Origin: Phycisphaerales bacterium
GTDB taxonomy: Bacteria > Planctomycetota > Phycisphaerae > Phycisphaerales > SM1A02
DNA length: 64,000 nt
Direction of reading: 5' to 3'
NCBI GenBank assembly: GCA_036475395.1
Contig: JAZFYE010000126.1
Span: 6,850 to 70,849 of the forward strand
Part shown: piece after piece, positions 43,953 through 53,266 of the stretch
How the letters are laid out: each line of letters opens with the position of its first letter
How positions within the stretch are numbered: position 1 is the first letter of the stretch
The notes under the pieces: model-generated
What the model saw: the letters and a program-made list of their open reading frames with translations, nothing else
Told to the model about the DNA's origin: nothing
Database searches by the model: none
Program-made: the position numbers and the translations under genes

Positions 43953-45950
43953 TCAGGCTGTTTCCGGTACCTGCGTTTGCTCTTTGCGTAGGCCGACGGC
44001 ATATTTCCGGATTACGCCGTGAATCTCGCGATTCGCCGCCCAGTCTACCACAATCAGGCTCCGAGAGCGGCGGAGGAGATCCTCCAGCTCGCTCACAATC
44101 GGATCAAAGACCTTGTGCAACCCGCCAGCGGGGGCATCGCCGAGATCGCGGCAGAGACTGTCGGGACCAATTCCCGGGAACATCTGCACGATCAGAGCAA
44201 GCGTCTGGTACCAAAGCTGTGGTGGAACGAGGTCAAGCGCCTCGACGAGTCCAAGCTCCTCACGGACGAGGCGATGGGGACCGAGCTGCTCGAGCCACTT
44301 CGGCTCCTTTGAGACGATCCGCTCGACTCGTCCCGGCAACGGTGACTGCTCATCAAACTCGTGTGCCACCTGCCTGGCCAGACTGAGCACTTCGTCGAGC
44401 GCAACTGGGAGTCGCTGCTGTGTATCTACCAAGAGACTCTGAACTGCCAAGACTCCCAGCGAAAACATGTCGAAGGGCGTGGACAGGAATGGCACGACCT
44501 CGAAGGGAATGTCGTCCATCGGGATCCCTTCGAGGCTCCGCAGTGCTGATTGCCGATCCTCCCCTACATCCTGCGGAACCGTTCGAAAACGAAGCTCGCC
44601 CTCGGCGATTGCGCGATCTCCGACGGCGTGGGCATAGAGATCTGCGCTGTCGCGATCGAGTTGGACGCGAAACCACAAGAGATCGCTGTGGGCGAGCTGA
44701 ATCGGCTCGTCGGTGTACAACGTTCCATCCACGACAATTCTACCGTCTGCTTCCTCAATGACCTGCCGAATCCGTATTGACGCCCGCTGTCGAAAAGTCG
44801 ACTTGCCCGACTCGGGCCAATAGATTGACGTACCTTCGTCGCCGCGGAGGTAGTACTGAAGGTCTGAGCCTTCCACCGGTAGCGGAACCGCATGTCCGGG
44901 ATCGGCCAGACGGACGGTCGTGGTCCAGAGAAACGGCAATCCAACGGCCGGATCGCCCAGTTGGATCTGGAAACTGTCGGCCCGCAGGTTCAATAGCGGC
45001 TCCTGTGTCCGCGATACGAACTCTCGAACTGACGTGACAAGATCGACAAGAAGTCGAAGCTTCAAGTGCAGGACCTCAAGGACCCGCACGGAGGAGCCTC
45101 GTCCGGCAACATGCAAGTGCCCATCCGCCAGGCGCTGGTGCATCGTCCGCTGGGAAAGAGCGCGAAGCGGACCGCCGAGGTCCAGCTCGTTTTCCCCATG
45201 GAAGACGCCGCTCCAAGATCCGCCGCCAAGAATGTCGACATAGGTTTCCAAGCGTACCGGACTGTAGCGGCGAACAAGGAGAAGGCCGCATCGTGGATTG
45301 AAGGGAACGCCGCGACGGTCATCGTTGGTCACTTCTTGAAGCGGCCGGGTTGACGGGCTGGTCGGAGCATCGCGTGTGACAGGTACAAACGGAGTGTCCT
45401 TGCCGAACTCAGAGATATAAAGATAGCGGTGCAAGGACGCGCTGTATGGCGGCAGTCCGTGCCCAAGCAGGAGTGAGTCGTCCTCGCACAGCCGAAAGAC
45501 GAAACCACTCTCAGGTTCCTTTGGATGAAACACTTCCCATTCGCCGAGGTCGATGAACGTCGGAAGGGGATGTTGTTCTTCGAAACCCGTTCGTAGCAAC
45601 TGCCGCGGTTCGATCTCTGCCAGAGCTCGACTCTCTTGAACCCATCGTCGATCGATGATCGTGTTGGACAGCCGAATACGAACCGCTTCGGGCGAAGCAC
45701 CCAGACAGTCGGGATCTTGAACGCGAATCTCCACCCAATCGTGTATCACGCCACCGTGATCAACGATACACCCAAGGTAGGCCCGGCTCGTCAACAGATT
45801 CCGAACAACAACGAGGTTGCCACAGCCGTTCTCCGCAACTGCTCGCACGAGCACGCAAACCCTCATCGCCGCATGCTCCTGGAACGTGTCGATTGGGAGA
45901 GCCCTGTAGCCCGCCGGAAGATCGGTTGGTGATCCAATGTCGTTGCTCAT
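43953..45950 (-). CDS. hypothetical 665-aa protein, first gene of the T6SS membrane-complex block
   Basis: Long ORF with an ATG start and balanced composition, followed by a 500-bp intergenic region. No recognised family. Confidence 0.7.
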   Translation of the reverse strand: MSNDIGSPTDLPAGYRALPIDTFQEHAAMRVCVLVRAVAENGCGNLVVVRNLLTSRAYLGCIVDHGGVIHDWVEIRVQDPDCLGASPEAVRIRLSNTIIDRRWVQESRALAEIEPRQLLRTGFEEQHPLPTFIDLGEWEVFHPKEPESGFVFRLCEDDSLLLGHGLPPYSASLHRYLYISEFGKDTPFVPVTRDAPTSPSTRPLQEVTNDDRRGVPFNPRCGLLLVRRYSPVRLETYVDILGGGSWSGVFHGENELDLGGPLRALSQRTMHQRLADGHLHVAGRGSSVRVLEVLHLKLRLLVDLVTSVREFVSRTQEPLLNLRADSFQIQLGDPAVGLPFLWTTTVRLADPGHAVPLPVEGSDLQYYLRGDEGTSIYWPESGKSTFRQRASIRIRQVIEEADGRIVVDGTLYTDEPIQLAHSDLLWFRVQLDRDSADLYAHAVGDRAIAEGELRFRTVPQDVGEDRQSALRSLEGIPMDDIPFEVVPFLSTPFDMFSLGVLAVQSLLVDTQQRLPVALDEVLSLARQVAHEFDEQSPLPGRVERIVSKEPKWLEQLGPHRLVREELGLVEALDLVPPQLWYQTLALIVQMFPGIGPDSLCRDLGDAPAGGLHKVFDPIVSELEDLLRRSRSLIVVDWAANREIHGVIRKYAVGLRKEQTQVPETA

Positions 45951-46471
45951 TAATCTCGTGCGCGCCTACCCGCTGATTCTACCACACTGAGAATGGTCCG
46001 CACACTATGTGTTCGACCAGGGCGAGTCACAGCTGGAACCGTCGACTAAGCCTCGTGCTCAAATGTTTCCGACGGCACAAGCCGCTCGGTGACGGACCAA
46101 CGGTGGCGATGGACGCCTCTGAAACGTAGATCGATACGCTAGAGCCATGTCACAAATGGCACGTCCGTTCTTCAAGGCGTGTGAGCGGACGGCCTCGAGA
46201 GGCGCAACCTCGCGGATTTCCATCCTACCAAGCTCATAGCGCGAGCCGAGCGATTATCAGACCAAGGCCCGCCCAGACCCAACGAAATAACTCTAGACGG
46301 ATTATCGGCCACTCCGTCGAGCACGGGTGCCGCTGCCCCTGACTCCGTCGTGCAGATTCGAGATGCTGGTTCGACTGAGTCGATAGGCCACATCCCCCGA
46401 CATCCGTTTGTCCCCTCACCGCCGAGGGCTTCTCGGGCGGTCGTAGCCACTCGTTGAAGGAGCCGGAACCG

Positions 46472-47758
46472 ATGACTGTTTCGCCCTATCCATGGACCAG
46501 CCTGGCAAGTTCGGGTTCCACAAACCAGATCGCTGCCGCACGAACGTCGGTCGCGACCCACGCCTTTCCATTCCTCGCTGCCATCATCATGCTATTCGTC
46601 GTCGCGCTGACCGAGGCGCTGGTGATGCCGGTGCTCCGGTCGCTGACCATCGATCGCTACAACATAACCCCGGGTCTAGCCCACGCTTTCATCTACGCCA
46701 AACTTCTAGGCATGATCGGTGGTGCAGGACTGTTAAGAGTCTTCAATCTGCGCAAGACCGGCGCGAACCTGTTTGTAGGGGCCGCGATCGCCAACGGCAT
46801 CATCCTTGCCAGCATCGCTATGCCGGTCGGGTTTGGGGCGACGGTTGTGCTTCGGATGCTTGAGGGCGCAGCTTCGATCTACATCTATTGGATCTTGTCA
46901 TCCAGCGTGATCAACTCGTCGGCGATCAAAGCGCCCGCTCAGCGATCAGCGGTTGGTGCGACCGCATTCACGCTTGGTCTCGCGACAGGGTTCGGCGCGG
47001 GCGGTCTAATCGGATCTCACAGCGCAGCTCACTGCGTGTGGCTGGGAGCCGCGATATGGTGGGGCCTGGCGCTTATCACCTTGATCTTCCTTCGTCGATG
47101 CTGCACCTTTACCGAACCCACGAGGATAAATGACCCCCATGAGATTCGCGCCAAGGCCGACGGTCCGGTAACACGGCCAGTCAGGCTGACCCGCCTGACT
47201 GAGCGGCTGCTCCTGTTGACGCTCGTGGCGACAGTTCCCCTGTTTCTCGAAACGACTGGGCACTGGAACACCGCAATAGTCGGCGCCCTTCTCGCGGTGT
47301 CCGCCTTGATTGCCGCATTCTCCCTCCTCTCGGCAGGCCTGATGGCTGACCGGCCCGGGAAAGGGGTCCTTCGCCTTCCTGCGGGTGTCGTGTTGGCAGG
47401 CGCTGTTGGATCTCTTCCGTTTGCCGCTGCCACGCACATTGCCGTCATGGGTGCTGTCCTTGCCCTGGCCGGTGTTGCGGCGGCCTCTCTTGTCAAGACC
47501 TCCCTCGAAACCGCGCGGGAAGAGGGTGCGATTGTTGGCATCGGCTTCCTCCTACTTGCAGTGTTGTGTGCCACCGGACTCCTCGGTATGTTCGGCGGAA
47601 CTGGCGCACAGAACCTCGCTTTCACCATTCTGCCCGGAGTGGCGCTCCTGCACCTCGCCTCGTTAGCATTGGCACTTCTATTCACACGCGCCAAATGGTC
47701 GGCGGCAGGGTTCACGGCACGCGCCACCGAATCACGGACGATGTTCGCAACGAAGTAG
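46472..47758 (+). CDS. MFS-type transporter
   Basis: About 12 hydrophobic segments, for example FPFLAAIIMLFVVALTEALVMPVL, VVLRMLEGAASIYIYWILSS and LAVSALIAAFSLLSAGLMADRPGKG. ATG 46472 has GAAGGAG 9 nt upstream. Confidence 0.75.
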   Translation: MTVSPYPWTSLASSGSTNQIAAARTSVATHAFPFLAAIIMLFVVALTEALVMPVLRSLTIDRYNITPGLAHAFIYAKLLGMIGGAGLLRVFNLRKTGANLFVGAAIANGIILASIAMPVGFGATVVLRMLEGAASIYIYWILSSSVINSSAIKAPAQRSAVGATAFTLGLATGFGAGGLIGSHSAAHCVWLGAAIWWGLALITLIFLRRCCTFTEPTRINDPHEIRAKADGPVTRPVRLTRLTERLLLLTLVATVPLFLETTGHWNTAIVGALLAVSALIAAFSLLSAGLMADRPGKGVLRLPAGVVLAGAVGSLPFAAATHIAVMGAVLALAGVAAASLVKTSLETAREEGAIVGIGFLLLAVLCATGLLGMFGGTGAQNLAFTILPGVALLHLASLALALLFTRAKWSAAGFTARATESRTMFATK

Positions 47759-47790
47759 TCCTCGAGTTTTCTCCATACCGCTGACCTTTC

Positions 47791-48201
47791 TCAGCATTGT
47801 GCAAAGTATCGGGCGGCGGGGTCGTGGAGCATCTCCATCGCGGTCTCCTTGGCTCGAGTCTGGCCATGCAGAACGTGATGGGCCTCTTCGATCACAATCA
47901 CCAGCTGCAGCTTCTCCCGCTGGACAGTAGCCAGATGCAGTTGGTAGAGCCAGAGTGCGAGAACTGGGATGAGGAGCGCTTTGCTGGCGGCTGATAGAGC
48001 GTCGAGTTCGACGATCGTGCTCTGGTGGCGGAGCTTCTCCACCAAGTCGCTCTGCCTCACACCATCCGAGGTCATCAGCCAAGCAGGCTTCAGACTCTCC
48101 AGGGCCCGGATGGCGGAGATTTTCCACCCGCGGACGCGGTAGTTCTCGGAGACAAAGTCGGGGCGCAAAACAGGGCGCGCATCGCCATTTGTTCGGCGCA
48201 C
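47791..48201 (-). pseudogene. fragment of a HerA/DUF87-like P-loop ATPase
   Basis: STIVELDALSAASKALLIPVLALWLYQ...REKLQLVIVIEEAHHVL resembles the Walker-B region (..lvieEAH..) of HerA-type ATPases. Only about 130 aa remain and there is no Walker A. It is adjacent to a tRNA fragment. Confidence 0.35.
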
Positions 48202-48261
48202 GTTAGGCGCGACTCAAAGAGAATACCCCACTATCGCTATCGTCAGCGGGGGTTTGGGGTA

Positions 48262-48308
48262 AGCCACCCGGGGGACTCGAACCCCCGACCTGAGCTTTAC
48301 GAAAGCTC
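48262..48308 (-). pseudogene. 3' portion of a tRNA-Thr(CGU): anticodon arm to acceptor end only; candidate att-site remnant
   Basis: Minus strand reads gagct-TTCGTAA-agctc aggtc ggggg-TTCGAGT-ccccc gggtggc t. That is an anticodon arm with CGT, a 5-nt variable loop, a canonical T-arm and a 3' acceptor strand. Upstream there is no matching 5' acceptor strand (GCCACCC) and no D-arm. Confidence 0.6.
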
Positions 48309-49006
48309 CAGTCATTCGCTTCTGCCGATACCAAGAATGCAGGTTTTTGAGGCCTCTCACAGCAAAATGCCCACTACGTACCCGCTACGACCCTGATATC
48401 TACCTACCCAATAGGGCGCGCATTCGGGCGCGCCTCCTGCATTTCAGCGGGTTTGGGGCGCAGTTTCGGGCGCAGGTTTGAAGGCGTCCGAGAGCGGTGC
48501 CACGCCCGCGCCGCGGCAGCGCAAGGTTTGCCGTCGCCCAATTGTTTGGCGACCCACGGGAGACGCGAAGCGGGAATCCCTTTGAAATTGTTCTTTCGGT
48601 CCAATTGACTTCGTAACAGAAACACGGTATTGGCCAGCCGCGCGCGTCAAGGATCCGGACTGTTTCACTAGCCGCCACGAACAAGTGTCGCACACGATGA
48701 TCCAACACCCAACAAACGCCCGGATGAGGTTTTCGCCACCCAGGGGCGTGGGCGACGGCGGCGTACTGGGGAGCTGAAATGAGGCGCGCACGTAGCGAAT
48801 TGTGAATATAGGTGAACTGAGCGCTTTCGGAAAGCAGAACCAATCCGGTGGGCTGGGCATCCTGGTAGGGGCAGACGAGCCAAAAAGAGCAGATCCAGCG
48901 CATCGAGCTTGCCCGTGGCACCGCGGCGAGGCCTCAGAAACCCTTGTGAATTATCGGCTTGTGGCTTGCAGAGCCTGTCTGTCGCTGGTAGATTGGCGGC
49001 GTTCGG

Positions 49007-49825
49007 ATGGAGAAAGAGATGACCTTTTTGCGGGAGCAAGCGCTTCGCTTGGCGACAGCGGCTGCGATGGTGACGGCGCTGGCAGGGAACGCCTACGCCG
49101 ACGAACTATCGTTCCACTTCGAGCTCTCCAACGGCACGCAGTCGGCCAGCGCTGATTTCACCTTCAGCGATGCGGGGGGGGGTCCGGTGGCGCTAAACAT
49201 CGTTCTGACCAACACGATGACAACCAACGCTGGACCGAATTGGCTCACGGGTCTGTTCTTCAATCTGGCCGGGCCGGCCGGGTCTCCAACGCTGAACTAC
49301 GTACGCTTATCGGCCGACGGGCACATGATCACGCTGGAGGGCACCACGCAATCGGACTTTTTCTACGATGAGGATGAGAACGAGCCAGGTCTGCCCGGCA
49401 ACTTCTGGGCCTTTCGCCAGGATAGCGATCTACCCGGCGAGTTGCCGTTCGGCGATCAACAGTACGGGCTTGGCGCGGCGGGACTCGACGTGTTCGGCCT
49501 CGCCGACATGCTCGACCAACCTCCCGACTCCATCTTGCCACAGCCTGCTGGTTCCGACGGCGGAATCCTGGCCGACATCCTGGGCCTAGAGGTACCGCCG
49601 GGACACGAAGGGAGGCCGTTCGTGCTCGGCTCCTTGGGGTTCGACTTCTTGTTGCCGGGGGTTTATGACCTGGACGATCTGAGCGTGAGCGATATCGCGT
49701 TCATCTTCGGCACGGGCTTTGAGGAGGTCGTGCTGATTCCGCTTCCGCTACCCGTGGCGATGGCGGGGGCGGGCCTGATAATTGTCGTATGCTTCCGGCG
49801 TCGGCTCGTGGCGCTCGGGAGATAG
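49007..49825 (+). CDS. secreted protein with a PEP-CTERM-like (PLP variant) C-terminal sorting signal
   Basis: Signal peptide MTFLREQALRLATAAAMVTALAGNAYA. The C-terminus VVLIPLPLPVAMAGAGLIIVVCFRRRLV has a motif, TM segment and Arg cluster. Confidence 0.7.
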   Translation: MEKEMTFLREQALRLATAAAMVTALAGNAYADELSFHFELSNGTQSASADFTFSDAGGGPVALNIVLTNTMTTNAGPNWLTGLFFNLAGPAGSPTLNYVRLSADGHMITLEGTTQSDFFYDEDENEPGLPGNFWAFRQDSDLPGELPFGDQQYGLGAAGLDVFGLADMLDQPPDSILPQPAGSDGGILADILGLEVPPGHEGRPFVLGSLGFDFLLPGVYDLDDLSVSDIAFIFGTGFEEVVLIPLPLPVAMAGAGLIIVVCFRRRLVALGR

Positions 49826-50193
49826 TCCTCCCTCGTCAACACAGACTGGTTTGTGGCTTCAGCGACGCTTCTTGCTGCCACAACGATCACCGTCCGTCCG
49901 TTCGACCAGTGGTCGTCTCGCGCAGCGCTTGTGCATCCGACGACACCTCAGGGGCAATCACCATCGCCCTGGCCGCGGAACCAGGCCATCACCTGGGGCG
50001 CGATTGCCGTCGTCTGTGTAGCTCGTTGGCCGGCGTGATCGCTATCCGATGGTCCTATAATCACGTAGCCAGCGCGGCCTGGAGGCAGCAGCGACGACAC
50101 ATCACGTCAAACCCTATGGAAATCCCGCACCCGATGTAGGATAATGCAGGCGCCTTGGTACAGGGTCCGAGCCGACCTCGCCGGACTGTGCAT

Positions 50194-51795
50194 ATGTGGT
50201 ACGTCGAAATCAAAAAGAGGGGCCGCCGCGGGGTTCGGCGGTTGGAGTTGGACGACCGGGCGGTCACCATCGGTCGCGCACCGACCAACACATTGGTGCT
50301 TCACGACACGGGGGTCAGCCGGCACCACTGTGTACTCGAGAGCATGGGTGGCGCGTGGCACATTCGTGATCTCGGGTCGCGCCATGGGACGCACGTCAAC
50401 GGCGAGCGTTTGGAAGAGTCCGGCCTCTCGGACGGTGATCGCATTCGCATTGGTCCCTACCAACTCTCCCTTGTCACCGTGGACCCAAGCGACCAGCCAA
50501 CGGTCAACGGTGCGCCCTCACAGCGACGCCGGGCCAAGTCAAGAAAGGGCGGACATACGGAAGGTGACCCCCACCGCACGGCACAGAGCGAAGACGTGCA
50601 GAAGGATGCGTCGCTACCGGCGGCAACACGCGATGAGCTTGGAGAACTTCGGGAGGCTGTGTCGGCGCTGGAGCAAGGCCTGGAGTCCCGGTTGTCGGCA
50701 CTTGAAACGCAACTCCAACAGTCGCAAGCCACCTCCGGGCAGTTGCAACAACACATCGAGGAAAACGCCGCCTCTCTTGTCGGCCAGGCAACACACTTCG
50801 AGCGGATCGAGTCTGAGCATGGTGATTTGAGCGGACGAGTCGACGAAACACAGGCCCAGCTCGCGGCAGCGACTGACAAGCTGCATCACGCGTTGACCAC
50901 TGTGCAACGGCTGACTGACGAGTTCGAGCCAACCTCGGCGCAAGTGGCCGAACTGAAGACTCGTCTAGACGAGACCATAAACTCATGGTACCGAGCGTCC
51001 GAGCAAGCCGGCGAAGCGCAAGACCGCTGCGATGAGCTTTCGCAGAAGCTGAACGATATGGAGCAGGAGAAGGATGCTCGTTTTGCCGAGGCTGCGAAGT
51101 TGGAGTCGCAGTTGGATGAGGTCCGTCGCGCATCGGAGAACGCCCAACAGACCGCGTCCGACGCGCAGCAGGAGCGGGAACAAACGCACGAAAGGATCGA
51201 GGAACTGCACGCTGTGGCGCAGAAGGCCTTGGTTGTGGCAGAAGAAGCGAAGTCGCAAACCGCCGCGGCGCAAACCCAGTTGGCGACAATCGAGTCTCGC
51301 CAGCCGACCTCGGACACAACCGTCGAGGTTGCGAAGATGGAGTCGCAGTTGGATGAGGTCCGTCGCGCATCGGAGAACGCCCAACAGACCGCGTCCGACG
51401 CGCAACAGGAGCAGGAGCAAACGCACGAAAGGATCGAGGAACTGCACGCTTTGGCGCAGCAAGCCTTGGTCGTAGCGGAGGAAGCGAAGTCGCAAACCGC
51501 CGCGGCGCAGGCCCAGTTGGCGACAGTCGAGTCTCGCCATGAAACCTTAGTCAAATTGAGTGAAGCTGCAGATGAGGAAGCGATCTCGTCTGGTCCTCTT
51601 CATGCGCATCGGAACGCTCCAGGGGCTCAAAAGCAACGTCACAAGGGCCGGCGCGTTCCATCCCTGCTCGACAACCTCAAGGGATCCATCCGGGGATATC
51701 GGGACGATCGGGACTACGGAGCGTGGATCGTTGCTATCGCCTTGACCTTGATCGGAATCACGGCGATTGTCCTGACTTTATTGTTCACGCGCTGA
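50194..51795 (+). CDS. FHA-domain protein with a long coiled coil and a C-terminal TM anchor
   Basis: FHA motifs are VTIGRAPTNTLVLHDTGVSRHHCVLES...WHIRDLGSRHGTHVNGERL...GDRIRIGPYQL. The middle is Q/E/A-rich coiled coil. C-terminal TM segment WIVAIALTLIGITAIVLTLLF. ATG 50194. Confidence 0.85.
   Translation: MWYVEIKKRGRRGVRRLELDDRAVTIGRAPTNTLVLHDTGVSRHHCVLESMGGAWHIRDLGSRHGTHVNGERLEESGLSDGDRIRIGPYQLSLVTVDPSDQPTVNGAPSQRRRAKSRKGGHTEGDPHRTAQSEDVQKDASLPAATRDELGELREAVSALEQGLESRLSALETQLQQSQATSGQLQQHIEENAASLVGQATHFERIESEHGDLSGRVDETQAQLAAATDKLHHALTTVQRLTDEFEPTSAQVAELKTRLDETINSWYRASEQAGEAQDRCDELSQKLNDMEQEKDARFAEAAKLESQLDEVRRASENAQQTASDAQQEREQTHERIEELHAVAQKALVVAEEAKSQTAAAQTQLATIESRQPTSDTTVEVAKMESQLDEVRRASENAQQTASDAQQEQEQTHERIEELHALAQQALVVAEEAKSQTAAAQAQLATVESRHETLVKLSEAADEEAISSGPLHAHRNAPGAQKQRHKGRRVPSLLDNLKGSIRGYRDDRDYGAWIVAIALTLIGITAIVLTLLFTR
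51094..51540 (+). repeat. 237-bp in-frame tandem duplication (about 1.9 units) in the FHA/coiled-coil gene
   Basis: gcgaag(t/a)tggagtcgcagttggatgaggtccgtcgcgcatcggagaacgcccaacagaccgcgtccgacgcgca starts at 51094 and again at 51331. Protein units are AKLESQLDEVRRASENAQQTASDAQQEREQTHERIEELHAVAQKALVVAEEAKSQTAAAQTQLATIESRQ and AKMESQLDEVRRASENAQQTASDAQQEQEQTHERIEELHALAQQALVVAEEAKSQTAAAQAQLATVESRH. Confidence 0.9.
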
Positions 51796-52048
51796 CGAAG
51801 AGACTTGGGGTTCCGTGGGCGCCGTAATGGTCGCTCTGTAGTCATCTAAGATTTGGTTCGGGCCGCCGGTGCGCCGTGGCAGTAGCGCGTGGAGTGCAGA
51901 TTATCGGCCGAGCCGCCATGCTCATCAGATGCCTTCGCCGCGAAACGCTTGGCCGTTCTCGACCGAGCGTGAGCAGCGTCCAGAATGAGGAAACAAAAGC
52001 GGCTCCGCAGCGCCCAAGTCGCGGTCATCCGAAGCCGACGAAGGATGG

Positions 52049-53266
52049 ATGGGGTCTCTGCGAAGATCAGCTCGAAGCGACGATCTGCGGCGCAGCAGAC
52101 GATGGCCCGACCTGGCGCTGGTGGGCCTGGCAGGGATTGCGCTGTCGATCAATCCGCGTTTACCCGCCCGTGACAATCTTCAGCCTGACCTCCAGAGCGA
52201 GTTCGATCGACAACTCGATGATTGTCCGGCTCAGGACGTCGCTGCACGTCTTCGCTTGATCAACTGGGCATTGGATCAGGGCTTAAAGGAGCAGGCAGAG
52301 GCGCTTTACCGCGAAATCCTGGCTCAAGCTCCGACCCATCAACGCGCCTATGAGGGATTGCTTCGGCTGGCGAAGCGTCGGTCACTGGCCGGCGCCTCTG
52401 AGACCCTCACCGCCACGCGCCGTGTGCTACCTAAGGGGTTCCGTGCCCACGAAACCGCGCGATACATCATTCTTTCGAATGCGAATGCTCGGTGGACTCG
52501 AACCCAAGCAAAGCGCCTGGAGCGCACGTGTGATGAGTTCTACCGGCACACGAAGCGGCTGGGGTTGCGCCCACTTCCTCTCAAACACAAGCTGGTGTGC
52601 GTGCTCTTTCGAAACCGCAAGGAATTCAACGCCTTCGCCGCCCAGCACGATCACCTGAATCTTCATTCGTGGAACTTGGGCTATTACTCGCAGCGGAACG
52701 ATCGTATCGTGCTTTTCGACGGCACTTCAGAGGCGGATGCGGACGAATTCACCAAAGAGCGAACGGTAGCCACGACGATTCACGAAGCGGTGCACCAGCT
52801 GCATTATCACACCTGTGTTATGAACGTACATCTGCAGTATCCGTTGTGGATCTGCGAAGGTTTGGCGACGGCCTTCGAAGCCGGATCGACAAATCATGCG
52901 TTCGGCCCGGAGCACGATTTCGAGCCTCGCCAACGGCATTTCCTTGCGCTCTTGGAACGCAAAGACCTGATGCCATTACGATCGCTCGCGCAACTTGACG
53001 CCCTGCCCGACACCAGTCAGCAGACGAGCTTCACCGCCTACAACCAGAGCTATGCGTTGGTGTCGTGGTTGGCCCGAAAGCGCCGCAGTCAATTGCGCGA
53101 TTATCTTATGCTTCTGCTCGCTGAGCCGACGGGGCGTCCAACTGCTCAACGACGCCTTCAGCTGTTCGAAAAGGCCTTCGGAGATGTAGATCGGCTCGAG
53201 CAAGAGTGGCTCAGGGATGAACGACGGCGACATACGAGTACGCTACGCAAGGAGAGTCGGAAATGA
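52049..53266 (+). CDS. DUF1570-like protein (HExxH-containing, Planctomycete-type)
   Basis: RYIILSNANARWTRTQAKRLERTCDEFYRH, TIHEAVHQLHYH and WICEGLATAFE fit DUF1570 as I remember it. Confidence 0.7.
   Translation: MGSLRRSARSDDLRRSRRWPDLALVGLAGIALSINPRLPARDNLQPDLQSEFDRQLDDCPAQDVAARLRLINWALDQGLKEQAEALYREILAQAPTHQRAYEGLLRLAKRRSLAGASETLTATRRVLPKGFRAHETARYIILSNANARWTRTQAKRLERTCDEFYRHTKRLGLRPLPLKHKLVCVLFRNRKEFNAFAAQHDHLNLHSWNLGYYSQRNDRIVLFDGTSEADADEFTKERTVATTIHEAVHQLHYHTCVMNVHLQYPLWICEGLATAFEAGSTNHAFGPEHDFEPRQRHFLALLERKDLMPLRSLAQLDALPDTSQQTSFTAYNQSYALVSWLARKRRSQLRDYLMLLLAEPTGRPTAQRRLQLFEKAFGDVDRLEQEWLRDERRRHTSTLRKESRK

Noticed and set aside
46157-46172. Sigma-54-like promoter TGGCAC-gtccg-TTCT in the T6SS/MFS divergent intergenic region
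   Set aside because: The -24 element is perfect but the essential -12 GC is missing (TTCT instead of TTGC). It points towards the MFS gene 300 nt away, not the T6SS. It is too weak to report as a feature.
48262-48345. A complete tRNA gene at the T-arm-containing site
   Set aside because: The 3' 47 nt fold perfectly, but no complementary 5' acceptor strand (GCCACCC) or 4-bp D-stem can be found upstream. It is therefore reported only as a tRNA fragment.
48400-49039. Minus-strand ORFs of 123-173 aa, including a possible integrase C-terminal remnant (DHRVRHLFVAA, about 48634-48702)
   Set aside because: These are overlapping Arg/Pro/Cys-rich ORFs without RBSs. The recombinase-like string is a few residues only and could be coincidence. 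It is mentioned only as context for the island-scar finding.
3401-51540. The tandem repeats at 3401-3616, 6316-6414, 25620-25955 and 51094-51540, considered as possible CRISPR arrays
   Set aside because: All are contiguous in-frame coding repeats with periods of 54, 33, 168 and 237 bp and no unique spacers. No repeat-spacer architecture exists anywhere in the window.
50457-51554. Several minus-strand ORFs (140-288 aa) overlapping the FHA/coiled-coil gene
   Set aside because: These are low-complexity mirror frames of a GC-rich repetitive coiled-coil region. The plus frame carries a clear FHA domain and an in-frame duplication.
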